From Camelus ferus (taxonomy: Eukaryota): a stretch of DNA of 64,000 nt. The notes under the pieces were generated by a model, which had not been told where the DNA came from, searched no databases, and saw only the letters and a program-made list of their open reading frames with translations. Numbering within the stretch: position 1 is the stretch's first letter; every line of letters starts with the position of its first letter. Shown in pieces: positions 1 through 11,358 of this stretch. The translations under genes were made by a program, and so were the position numbers. The stretch is from positions 19,718,001 to 19,782,000 of the forward strand of contig NC_045696.1 of the NCBI RefSeq assembly GCF_009834535.1, written 5' to 3'.

Positions 1-120
1 AGAAAAAAATGTGACAGTGAGTGTGTATATGTCCATGAATAACTGAAAAATTGTGCTGAACACTGGAATTTGACACAACATTGTAAAATGATTATAAATC
101 AATAAAAAATGTTAAAAAAA
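1..120 (+). mobile_element. 3' end of a young LINE-1 (camelid-type 3' UTR) with A-rich tail
   Basis: ...gacacaacattgtaaaatgattataaatcAATAAAaaatgttaaaaaaa is a typical cetartiodactyl/camelid L1 terminus; truncated by the window start. Confidence 0.75.
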
Positions 121-554
121 TGTAAGGAGTAGAAGTTCTTGAAACATAGTGTATAAACCTGTTAGTACATACATTAATTAGCACAATCCCATTTATTCTG
201 TAGCTACCAAAGTAACATTCTGTTGATTCACATTGACCTTTCTGTTGCCCGCATTAGCATTCTCAGGTAAACTAGTTATCCCATGTTTTAATTCTGTCAA
301 CTGTATTCCACAACCTTGAATTCATAGAAGATACTTCTGAGATATTCCTTGTTGTGTTTTGTGTATCTTCACCTAGTGATCTTTGCAGATGGCTACCGAC
401 CTAGAAAATGGGAGAATGAAATATTTTCTTTAAAACTCAAGAAGTGAGTCAAGTAAAAGTCAAGAGTGATCATGACAGGCAAAAGATGAAGGTGGGAAAC
501 AATATAGTAAAGTAGCTACAGGCGATATCCTGGAAGCAAGACCACTTCCTCCAA

Positions 555-760
555 GACTAACATCTCCTATCTGTGTGACTCTGAGCAATTTACTTTACCT
601 CTGAGTGCCTCACAATTTCCCGAATGCCAAAATGGGACAAAATGTACCCTACCAAACAGGGATATTTGAGGAAAAAACTAAATTTATTCACGTGATGTCT
701 CTTACTACCGGTGTCCGGCATACAGAATGCTCATTACAGTTCAGTTTTTTATTACTATTA
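555..760 (+). mobile_element. MIR SINE
   Basis: MIR core ctgtgtgactctgagcaatttactttacctctgagtgcctc...aaaatggga and tail tccggcatacagaatgctca...ttattactatta. Confidence 0.75.
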
Positions 761-1081
761 GGCTGTTACTAATGCCTCACCATTTACTAGGCATTTGCAA
801 TTTGAAATAAGAAAACATACTGCAGGTCTTCATCTTCCCCCAGTTTAGAACCCTTTTCAAATAGTAATAATCCTATGATCATTACTGAGTGTGGTTTCTC
901 AGCCAATGTTTAATGCATGGTAATTAATCATACCAAAGGCTGAAACTGTCACATTATAAATGTATTACCACACCCTTATCTAATTGACCATGTAATCTAT
1001 TACAATATCAAAGATTAAAGCTGAAATATGTGTCCAAGCACCCTTATGATAAAAGGAAGGTGGTCAAAACTGATCCTGTAA

Positions 1082-2415
1082 TTTTTTTTTTAATATATAA
1101 ACTTTCTTTTAGAGCACTTTTAGGTTCACAGCAAAAATGAGTGGGAAGTACGGAGAGAGTTCTGACCCGCAAATAACCTCCCCCAACGTCAACGTCCCCC
1201 AGCAGAGCAGTATATTTGTATCAGTGAACCTACATTGACGCATTATTGTCCAAAGTCCACAGTTTACATTAGAGTTCATTCTTGGTCTTTGACAAACATA
1301 TACAATGACATGCATCCACCATCCATTATATAGAAGTTTCACTGCCCTAAAAATTCTCAGTGGTCTGCCTATTTGTCCCTCACTCCCCAACTTCTAGAAA
1401 TCCCTGATATTACTCCAGTGTCCATAGTTTTGTTTTTTTCCAAAATATTATATACTTGGAATAACTAAAATATGTAGCCTTTTCAGATTGCTTCTTTTCA
1501 CTTGGTAACAAGCATGTAAAATTTCCTCCATGTTCTTCCATGGCGCAAGAGTTCACTTACTTTCAGCACTGAAGAATAGTCCATTGTCTGGATGTATCAC
1601 AATTTACTTACCTATTCACTTACTGAAGGTCACTAGTTGCTTCTAATGTGCAGCTATGAATAAAGTTGCTATAAAAATCCATATGAAAGTTTTTGTGTGG
1701 ACATAAATTTTCAATTCAGTTGGATAAGCATCAAGGAGTGTGACTGCTGGATCATATCGTGAGGCTATGTTTAGTTTTGCAAAATACTGCCAAACTGACT
1801 TCCAAAGTGCCTGTACCTTTTTGTATCCTGCCAGTAAAAGAGAGTTCTAGTTGCTATCCATCTTCACCAGCACTTGGTGCTGTCAGCATTTTGGATTTGG
1901 GCCATTCTAATAGGTGTGTAGTAATATCTCATTATTTTAATTTGCAATTCCCTAATGATCTATGAGGTTGAATATCTTTTCATACACTTACTTTGTATCT
2001 GCATATCTTTTTTGGTGAGGTTTCTGTACATGTCTTCTGACCATTTTTAAAAATCAGGTTGCTCATTTTTCTTACTGTTCAGTTTTCTGAGTTCTTTGTG
2101 TATTTTGGATAACAGCCCTTTGTCAATTGTGTCTTTTGCAAATATATTCTCCCAGTCTGTGGCTTGTTGACAGTGTCTTTCATAGAGTGGAACTTCTTAA
2201 AATTTTAATGACGTTTAGTTTATTAATTCTTTCCTTCAAGGATTGTGCCTTTGGTATTGAGTCTAAAAACTCACTGTCATGCCCAAAGTTGCATAAGCTT
2301 TATTCTATTTCATTTTCTAGGAGTTTCATAGTTCTGCATTTTCCATTATACATTAAGTCTGTGATCCATTTCGAGTTAATTTTTTGAAGGACATAAGGTC
2401 TGTATCTAGATTCAT

Positions 2416-2446
<31 letters not shown>

Positions 2447-3750
2447 GTATGTGTGTGCGCGCGCGCATGATAATGTCTGATAGTTTCAGTACGTGTAGAA
2501 AAGGCTCTATTTGCTCAATTGCACTGCCTTTGCTACTGGAAAGGCAGCCACCAGCGCCACTCTGTCATGATCACTGTAGCTTTATGGTAAGTCTTGCAAG
2601 TTGGGTTGTGTCAGTCCTCCAACTTTATTCTTTTCCTTCAATTGAGTTAGCTATTCCAGATCAGGAAGAAATGACCTCTTGATCAAATTGAGTTTTACCA
2701 TCCATGAACATAGAATTTCTCCATTTATTTAGCTCTTCCTTGATATCTTCATCTTGATAAAGAATATCTACAGAAAACCTACAGCTAACACATACTAAAT
2801 GGTGAGAAGCGAAACTTTCCCACCAAGGTTTTTGGTAGATGTTCTTTGTCAAGTTGAAGAAGTTATTCTCTATTACAACTTTTCTAAGTTTATAATCATG
2901 AATGGGTGTCAGATTTTATCTAATATTTTCTGTATCTATTAATATGACTAGGTGATTTTTTTTCTTTAGCCAGTGATGTGTTGAATTGCATTGATTTATT
3001 TTTAACTGTTGAAAGAGCTTTGAATATCTAGGATAAGTCCCACTTGGTCATGGTGTATAATTCTGTTTATACATGGTTGGATTCAATTTGCTAGTATTTT
3101 ATTGAGATTTTTTTTACGTCTATGTTAATGAAAGATACTGGTCTGTAATTTTCTTTTCTAATAATGACTTTGCCTGGCCTTAGTCATGCAGGTCTAATAG
3201 ATGAATTAGGAGGCATTGCTTCTAATTCTATATCCTGGGAGAGACTGTTGCAAAGTGACGTATTTGCTTCCTTAATTGGTAGAATTCACCAGTGAACCCA
3301 TCTGGGCCTGGTGCATTCTCTTCTGGAACTTTATTAAATATTGATTCAACATCTTAAATAGATTTATGCTTATTCAGATTGTCTATTTCTTCATGTGTGA
3401 GTTTGAGCAGATGTGTTTTTCAAGGAATTTGTCCATTTCATCTTTCAAATTTGTGATTATAGAATTTTTCACAGTATTCTCTTATTATTATTTTAATGCC
3501 TATGCAATCTGCATTGAGGATCCTCTTTCATTTCTGATATTAGCAATTTGTGTTTTCTCTCCTTTTCTCTCTGCTTGACTAGAGCCTTATCAACTTTTTT
3601 TTTTATCTTTTAAAAAACAGCTTTTGGTTTTGCTCGTCTCTATTGATTTCTTATTTTCAATCTCTTTGTTCTCTGCTCTAATTTTTATTATTTTTCTTCT
3701 GGTTACTTTCAATTAATCTGTTCTTTTTCTAGCTTTCAAAAGTGAAAGTT
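1082..3750 (-). mobile_element. Old L1 (L1MC-like) 3' UTR plus ORF2 fragments, antisense
   Basis: Begins with a T-run then tagagcacttttaggttcacagcaaaa (reverse of the L1MC 3' end); ORF2 remnants such as ggataagtcccacttggtcatgg and ccagtgaacccatctgggcctgg; interrupted by (TG)n. Confidence 0.85.
2416..2467. repeat. (TG)n/(CG)n microsatellite
   Basis: Directly visible tgtgtg...gcgcgcgca. Confidence 0.95.
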
Positions 3751-4539
3751 CATAAGAGTTTTAAGGAAAATATATTGAAAATGTGGTATCTTTCTTTTAA
3801 ATTAGTCAACTAAAAGCAGACTCACTCATCATGTGAATTTAAATCATATGGCTTTCAGAAATATTCCTTTTCTCTGTTTTAAAAACTGTATCTAATCATG
3901 ATTTTGTTTTTTTGAGTATCTGATAACGATACAGATTTCAAGAGAGAAGTGAGAGAGAGAATACCACTGCTGTTTTAGGTAAAATTGGAAGGCCTCTCTG
4001 GAAACTAAACAAGAACATTCAATTTAATTCCCATTTACCCATCCAAAAGTCCCTTTTTCCACCTTATACCACTTCCCCCCAAAATGAAAACCATTGTTGT
4101 AGATATTAGCAATATATGAAAAAAAAAGAAAAAGAAAGAGGGAAGACATAGAACAGTAAAAGTATGAACATCAGTAAAAGATAAAACAACAATTAGAGCA
4201 GAGTACTTCACAGGTTATGACAAATGATGTAAATATTTTTTACAGAGGTATCAATACAATTTGATGAGACAGAACTCAAGTCTGAATATTATAAATAACC
4301 AGAAAGATTCTATTACACCCAACGAAACTTTTAAAAAGAGATGCAGTATGGTGAAGGATAAACTACTGCTTGGAGATAATGAAGCATTAAGGAAAGAAAC
4401 AAAATACAATTTTGTTGTGTGGATTACAACACCTAAAAACCTAACCAGGTAGAGGATATTGAAACAGATTATAAAAGAAGCAAATTAATGTTAAAAGAAG
4501 AAAATCAAGTTGTCTGGCTCTAATGCTACTTTTTTGGTG

Positions 4540-5192
4540 AGACCACAATGACCACTCAACTGAATGCAGTATATCTTTCTTATCCTCAACTCCTAATCTC
4601 TCTTACCCTGTTTTATTTTCTACATTACCTACACCTGTAATATATAAATTGCAAGTTTGTTATATTTATTGTCAGTAGTCTCTTTCAAACAGAATATAAG
4701 ATCAGTAAGGACAGAGCTTTATATGCTTGATTTTTCACCAGTGTATCCTAAGCATCTCCATGGTGCTCTGAATTTTACCTCCAAAATTTAACTCAAAATG
4801 CATGTCCTGCTGCATTGGTAACAATCACCCTACCTAGAATACTGTAATCTACTTTCAAGCATTGTCTCTTCTTTCCAACCATAATGTAACACTTACAGAG
4901 TCATTCTAATTTCTTACTCACAAACACTTGTGAAGCCCTGCATAATCGAGCTCTGACCATTTCTTAAATTTCATTTCTCACCATTTTCGCCCCACTCACC
5001 CTTGACTATGTTATATCCTCATTTAACTTTCCCTATTTCCCTGAATTTCAGAGATTTCCCCTGTTTCACACTGATTACTCCTTCATCTGGAGTGCCATTC
5101 TATTATTTTTATGGTTAACTGTTCCATTCTCTTGGCTTTATTTAAATGTCACCCCCTCAGAACCTTCTTTGACTAGCCTTTATGAAGTTGAG
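4540..5192 (+). mobile_element. L2 LINE fragments (a 3'-type fragment, then the upstream part of an L2 that resumes at ~6925)
   Basis: L2 motifs agaatataagatcagtaaggacagag...cagtgtatcctaagcatct and tttaaatgtcaccccctcagaaccttctttgact. Confidence 0.65.
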
Positions 5193-5195
5193 TCA

Positions 5196-6230
5196 TTGGA
5201 CATTGAGGAGGTTATCAACCTCATGTCCAAGTTTCTCCAACTGTCAATTGGAGATACAAATAGTAGCTAGCTGGGTAGTAACAGGTTAACTCTACAGGCT
5301 TGGGTTGTTCAAACTCTGCATATTCCAAAGAAAGGCCTCTTGGCACAATTCTACCAGCTGCCCAAAAAGGTGAAACCATAAATTTGCCAAGACATCCTCT
5401 ACTTTCAGAACCTGACAGAGTCAAATGATAACCTATAAACACAATGTTTCATTCTGGGAAACATTTTGGTCATAGAATATGATGATGATCTGGACTAACT
5501 GCGGATGACTGAGTGGAATTCTAGTAGTGTAATCTTTTGACGCTTGTTTTTTTCATTACATCTACGACAAACGCTATCACTTGGGAAGAAATGTCTGTAA
5601 ACTACTCCCTGGTACACCACCAGACTGTGAGGTGGTGTACAATTCCACCACGTGACTTTTAACCTTGATGAACCAGTGCTTAGCGAGGCCCCCGGTTGTG
5701 ATGAACAAAATAGGTAACTGCATGCCCACTGTGCCACAGCGTGGTGTGCACAAACACATATCATCTTTGTGTTTACGGATGAAAAGATTTGAAAAAGACA
5801 ATGAGTTTCACACGGCAGTAGGCAGCACAGAATGGATCCTAAATGCCCTAGGGAATGACCCTATCTTAAGACAAGAAAGGTTATGGGAGGTCTTTTGGCA
5901 TACTCAAACTAAATTACAGCTAGGTGTGATCACCTGCCTCCAGTCTCAGTACAAGCCTGTGACTAAGAGAGAGTGACTGGTTTCGTTCCCCAACTGACTT
6001 GGAACCCAGAAATAACTGAATCATGGCCAATGTCAATGATGTTTGTCCATAATATATATATATATATGATATAATGTCAAGGGCTGAGTCTGTTGAGAAG
6101 GCATAAAAATACATTCTGTAATTCTTACTGATTTTTTGTGCGAAGGAAATATAAAAACTATACTCAATGTAGGTGATCAAAAAGATATGATTGTTTTACC
6201 GTAAGAGAGCCTAGGCCAGGGCCAGGCAGG
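5196..6230 (+). pseudogene. Endogenous bornavirus-like nucleoprotein element (EBLN), decayed
   Basis: Colinear + strand motifs versus recalled BoDV-1 N: KFLQLSIGDTN (5229) ~ KFLQYTVGGSD; NVCKLLPG (5590) ~ HCCSLLIG; T*LLTLMNQCLARP (5650) ~ KRFKTMMAALNRP; HCATAW (5727) ~ HEAIDW; ISSLCLRMKRFEKDNEF (5758) ~ [30 protein letters not shown] (5855) ~ MTTYTTIKEYL; LPPVSVQACD*ERV (5934) ~ IPVVAYEIRDFLEV; weakly FYRKR (6194) ~ RYRRR. Many stops and frameshifts. Confidence 0.75.
5277..5345 (+). mobile_element. Short 5' remnant of a MER68-type LTR inside the EBLN
   Basis: gtaacaggttaactctacaggcttgggttgttcaaactctgcatattccaaagaaagg resembles the start of the LTR at 6241 (tgtaaaggtttaactcagcagatctgggttgttctactccttcacattctaagagaaag). 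Confidence 0.65.
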
Positions 6231-6240
6231 CAGACTAAAA

Positions 6241-6820
6241 TGTAAAGGTTTAACTCAGCAGATCTGGGTTGTTCTACTCCTTCACATTCTAAGAGAAAGA
6301 GGTTGGCTGGTTCTTTAAAGATAACCTTCTATCCTTTGGAGATAATTTGCTCAATAAGAAGAGTTTTGAATCCCTTAGGCCTTTGGCCACTGGGTATCAG
6401 TTTGGACAAGCAATGTGATTTACGCTGCATGTCTGGTTGTGCTCTGGGAAGGTGCTGGAGTCGGAGTAGCTAAGGTCAGTCATGAGGGTGCTATACGCCA
6501 ATGGGAGTGATCCCAGTGCATCTCCTGCACACCAAGGCTTGGATGAACTTCCCATATTAATAGCACTTTGCATGCGTTGCCACGCATCACTGCTGGGAGA
6601 ATTCAGTGTGTCCCCAGGTGACACCAATGGGGGGCACACTCTGAAATTATACCTGGCTTCTTCTGGACTTTGCCCAATGCACCATTCCCTTTTGCCAACT
6701 TTGATCTACATCGTTTCACTATAATGAACTGTATCACAAAAATAGGAGCTTTCCTGGGTCCCCTGAGTCCTTCTAGTGAGCGATGCGGCCTGAGGGTAGT
6801 TGAAGGGAAACGCAAAATAC
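6241..6820 (+). mobile_element. Solo ERVL LTR, MER68/MER21-like
   Basis: TG start; typical body (agctaaggtcagtcatgaggg, gagcttcctgggtcccctgagtccttctagtgag...cctgagggtagtt). Confidence 0.8.
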
Positions 6821-6834
6821 TAGCTAACCAGCTT

Positions 6835-7150
6835 GTTATAAGAATGAAATACAGTAGTGCAAAAAGAGTACTTAAAATAGTGCCTGGCACATGATGAAGA
6901 CTCAGTGATCTTACTTTATTACCAACTCAAATCTTTCTCTGCTGTATTCACAGAATTTAACATAATCTATCAGCACAATGTTTATTTATCTGGGAACTGT
7001 CCGTCCCTCCCATTACAGTGGAGGAAGACAATGGCAGGGATTTGTCTGTTTGACTCAGCACTTGATCCCTCACATCTCACACAGTGCCAGGCACAGAGCA
7101 ATCTCTCAATCAATATTTATTCAAAAATGAATTAATGAATATTAACATGA
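6835..7150 (+). mobile_element. MIR tail (~6835-6920) followed by L2 3' end (~6925-7150)
   Basis: atagtgcctggcacatg...; ggcagggatttgtctgttt...acagtgccaggcacagag...ctcaatcaatatttatt...tgaattaatgaat. Confidence 0.75.
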
Positions 7151-7749
7151 ATAAGAAGTAAAGGAATTATGATAAATTAGCTTTGGAAATAGCTCTAAAG
7201 GAGTATATATTTTAGTTAAATGTCTGGAGAAAAAATAGATTGGAAAGGCCTCTTTTCATGTTATAATACCCCCAAAATGAGAACTAGAAACAGTAAAAAA
7301 AAAAAAAGTTATAAAAATATAGATTTTGGCTTAATTTTTATAAAGCACTTCCATCATTTGAGCAAAGATGCACAGGTATTGTTTGGGGGTTGTGCTTCTC
7401 GTTACAGAGGTTCAGGCAGTATGTCTACTTTTTTAATAGAGCCATTGTCAGAGGAATTCAATCATTCTGGGTATTTAGAATTATAGCTTTTAAGCTTCCG
7501 TGCAAGTCCCAGATTCTGTTTCAAAAAGCCAAAGATAGTTTTCTCTAGAACTTCACTGTCATTCATAAAATGTTAATATTCTTTCAGGATTTGTTTTTCA
7601 ATTTCAAACCAAAATATAGAATATTCCACCATAAGATATGTGGAGTGCAAAACATCTCAGTACTGTAAACAGAGAATTGCAAAAATGCTAGGGATGAACT
7701 TGTCTAGGGGAATCTCAGGGATGCTAGCATTTCCATTTCTGGTTGTATT

Positions 7750-7769
7750 TGGTGCCACCTGGTGGCAAC
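7750..7769 (-). promoter_or_regulatory. Candidate CTCF-binding site (near-palindromic)
   Basis: Minus strand reads TTGCCACCAGGTGGCACC, close to the CTCF core CCACCAG(G/A)(T/G)GGC; motif only, no binding data. Confidence 0.55.
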
Positions 7770-7964
7770 TGTCCACTCTAGCATAAGTGTAATTAGAGAC
7801 TTTCCTAGGTACTGGGGAGCTAGCTGACACTTCCAATATACCTGCAGTGATTCCAGGAATCATTTTTGTGTTTATTCACTGCATTGGCCCAATCCAGGGA
7901 GACTGGGCCAGGAGAAAACTGGGATCACCAGGACCCTATCTGGTCCCACTGCAATAATTAGACA

Positions 7965-8170
7965 GCTAGACCACAAAATGCTCGGAGCAGAATGTCAGGT
8001 TCACATCTCAGCCCTACTACTCATTAGATGTGAAATCTTTTACTTACCTAAGTTTACTTGGCTTCCATTTATCTGTAAAGAAGAAGCAATATTAATTTCT
8101 CCATAGGGTTTTTATAGTGATTAAACAGATAATCCATGTAAGTTCTTAGAAACATGCCTGACACTTAGCC
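7965..8170 (+). mobile_element. MIR SINE
   Basis: ggttcacatctcagccctactactcattagatgtg...tttatctgtaaag...atagggtttttatagtgattaaacagataat...atgcctgacac. Confidence 0.7.
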
Positions 8171-10099
8171 AACCAAAAAGAAATTATTTTACGTCAGGCT
8201 GGTAGCTCTACAGATACTCTAATCAAACTAAACCTACTGATAATTAACACATGTGCATTATAAAAAGTAACATACTTAAAAGAAAAACAGAGCATGACAA
8301 TGAAATGTTTTGACTATAAGAATAAGTAATATGCTAAGCAAATTAAAAACAAAGCCAACTAACAATATGTGAGGATGTTGGGTTTGTGAAATTGTGTCTG
8401 TGTGTGTTATGTTTTTGAGAATTGTATGTGTGTGAGAAGGAAATTAAAACCTTAAAAATATCACTTTGCAAGACAAACTGTCATCAGGAGAGAAGAGTGC
8501 TGATTAACCCACAACACTGAGAACAGTAAAGAGAGCCAGGCAGACGGGCTGCGTTCTTAACAATGAAAAAGCTTCATTCTCCCTTCTCCCTTCCTACGTT
8601 GCTCTGCAGTCTCCACTCCTGGGGTAAACTGCCTTTGAAGTACTTCAGTCATGCTCTCTCCTACAGGTAATCACTGACCTCGATTTTGGCTGCCACTACT
8701 GAAAATAATGCATTTATCTTTATTTTTACTAGAGTGTAAGCTTCTTCTGAGGAATTGCTGAGTTTCTTAGTCTGTCTTCCGGACATCATTAATTCAATGC
8801 CATACATCAAGGACAGAACTATAAGATTACATAAAAGTCTCTTTTTGCTTCATCATTACTATTTAGGAAAGGGGATGAGAGAATATGCTAATCGGATACT
8901 TCATTATTTTAAGCACAAGGACTGAATAAGAAACTGGGACTTCCCTTTTTTATCTATTCATAAAAGCAGTTTAATCTCCTCACAGAACTGCCAAAATTTC
9001 TTCCAAGTGACAAACTTAAACTACTTATTCATGATACTTTGGGACAGATTAAACGTCAACCTGGTTTCTTCACAAATAAAGGATCTATTTCAGATCAGTG
9101 TTGATGCTGGTAACATTTAGGTGTAAGGATGATTTGCTTCCTCGGATTTGGGGTAATCCGACAGGATTTTTACAGGCGTTCGTCTATATCTTGGTACATG
9201 CCAATCATTACTAAGAATGTTTTTTCTTCTTTTCATGCCTGTAATCATTTAAGTACATATATCAAATGTAAGACTGAGACAGAGGAAAGCAAAATTGGGG
9301 CATTTTCACTAAATATAAAGAGGGAAAACAGGTATGAACTTGAGAGGACCTTTCTTCTTCGTACAGAATTTCTGCAGATCTAAATATATTCTAATCCCCC
9401 TAACAGCCTATAGTCGTTATGTAAATTGTGATCTTTAATGCTTATAATTTGCTGAACTGGTATTTAAACAAAGTTTTTAGCACAACTGCTCATGAAAATT
9501 TACGATCTGGTGAATCAGCAAACATTAATCTCTATGTTTTATGTATATTTTTAAGACACATGACCCATTTTTTTCTATTTCACAAGAAGAGTTTTTCTTA
9601 ATTTACATGTAGATTCGTCATTCATTATACATAATGGTTCTAAAATCATGTCCTAGAATTGTATTTTGTGAAAAATATGATTCTATTTTCCAATGTGTTA
9701 CGGATGACTGTCTGTGTGAAATAAATCATTTTCTGAATTTGCTTCTGAATTGGATGTGGGGTAATAGAGTTTTCTTAAAGTGGTATAAGGTACATATGAA
9801 GATGCAAATATGAATATTGTAAAAAGTTTCCCTAAATGTATTATCATAAGTTCAGTGAGACACACAATGAGATTCCAGGCATAGAATTCCTCCTGCCAAA
9901 GTCCCCATCATTTTTTAGAGACATAATGCAGAGTGCGAATGAGAAACAAATGGGAAATGAAATATTTTAACTCGTTGTATTCCATCATGATTTTTCATCA
10001 ACTGAATCATTCCAAAATTGTCTAAACTGTACCCAAATACTACATACTTCTGATCCCTCATACATAATGGATTTGTATCCAAATATGATACAAAGGGTG

Positions 10100-10872
10100 G
10101 TTATTATATAATAATAATAAAAAAGAATTTGGCTAGCTTTCTTCTGTGGTTACTGGGAGGGAGATTCTAACTCCTTGCAATTTCACAAGTGATGGGAGGG
10201 TCTCTATTATTCATGAATTCCTTTGACCACATCCGATAGTATACGCTAATAAATTCATTCATGATAAGCCCCTAAAGGCATGATGGGAGCTGATTATGTC
10301 AAAAAGACTAGGCATGTGCTCAGAGGACCAGGACTTGGAGACTTCCCAACCTCGAGAAGGCTGAATATTAAGTTCGGTCCCAACACCAATGATTTAATCG
10401 ATCATTCCTATGTAATGCAACATCAGTAAAAACTTTGGACCTCGAGTTCAGGGGAGCTTCCTGGGTAGTAAACATATTGTGGTAGGAACATGACAAGCCT
10501 TAATTCCACTGGAAAAAAAGCACTAAAACTTTGTGTTGGGGACTCTCCTGGGTCTCACCCTACCTGTCTCTTTATTAAGTTCTTCTTGAGTTGTGTCCTT
10601 TATAATAACCTGGTATCCATTAAGTAGAGCACTTTTCTGAGCTCTGGGAGTTATTCAGCAAATTCTCAAACCTCAAGGAGTCATGAGAAGCCTTTAATTT
10701 GAAGCAGGTCCGTCAGAAGTGTGAGCGGCCTGGGGGCCTCACTTGCAGCTGGCGTCTGATGGGAGGGGCATCTTGCGGGGCCCCGAGGCCTTAACTCGTG
10801 GGGTCTGCACCACCTCCAGCTGGTTAGTGTCAGAATTACACTGCAGCACACCAGCTGGGATGGAAACAGAAC
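10100..10872 (+). mobile_element. Solo ERVL LTR, MER21-like
   Basis: gggagcttcctgggtagtaaacatattg, gagctctgggagttattcagcaaattctcaaacc, tgcagctggcgtctga, ttagtgtcagaatt. Confidence 0.8.
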
Positions 10873-11302
10873 AGTGGACAATGATTTAAAACTATATATC
10901 TTAAATACACATGTCATACAGTAAATTTAAAGTTTTCTAAACTTGTATATACTAATCCTAAAGGAAAAAAGATTCTCATTGCATCCAAAATTGACTAACT
11001 TGGTAGAAACTCCTCAAACTAGCTATTAACTAATTATGAAACCCAAACTGATTGTAAAATATTATTTAAAGTACAAAACTAATAAAATTAAAGACGCCAT
11101 GGAGACAAACGCTTTTGCGTTTGTCATATAGACCTAGAACATTGCTTGATTTGCACTACTACAAAATCTCTGTTGATTTGGCTTTCCTTGGTCTGAACGC
11201 ATCAATTATCAATTATTCACCGGGTGCACCTCCAGCTCTTTAGCTCTTCTAATTGGCTTAGGGTCTTCATGTTTATATTTGGCCCTTACAGTAACAGAGA
11301 GA

Positions 11303-11358
11303 TAAATAAATAGATACAGATAGATAGATGATAGATAGACAGACAGACAGACAGACAA
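11303..11358. repeat. (TAGA)n/(CAGA)n microsatellite
   Basis: Directly visible. Confidence 0.9.

Noticed and set aside
5495..5764. Minus-strand ORF containing QPGAS (as in the BoDV N C-terminus) and a glycoprotein-like look
   Set aside because: Isolated match; the colinear N motifs are all on the + strand, so this is the antisense shadow.
5980..5997. VSFPN resembling BoDV N RSFPNL
   Set aside because: Occurs too early relative to the LPPV motif and in another frame; likely coincidence.
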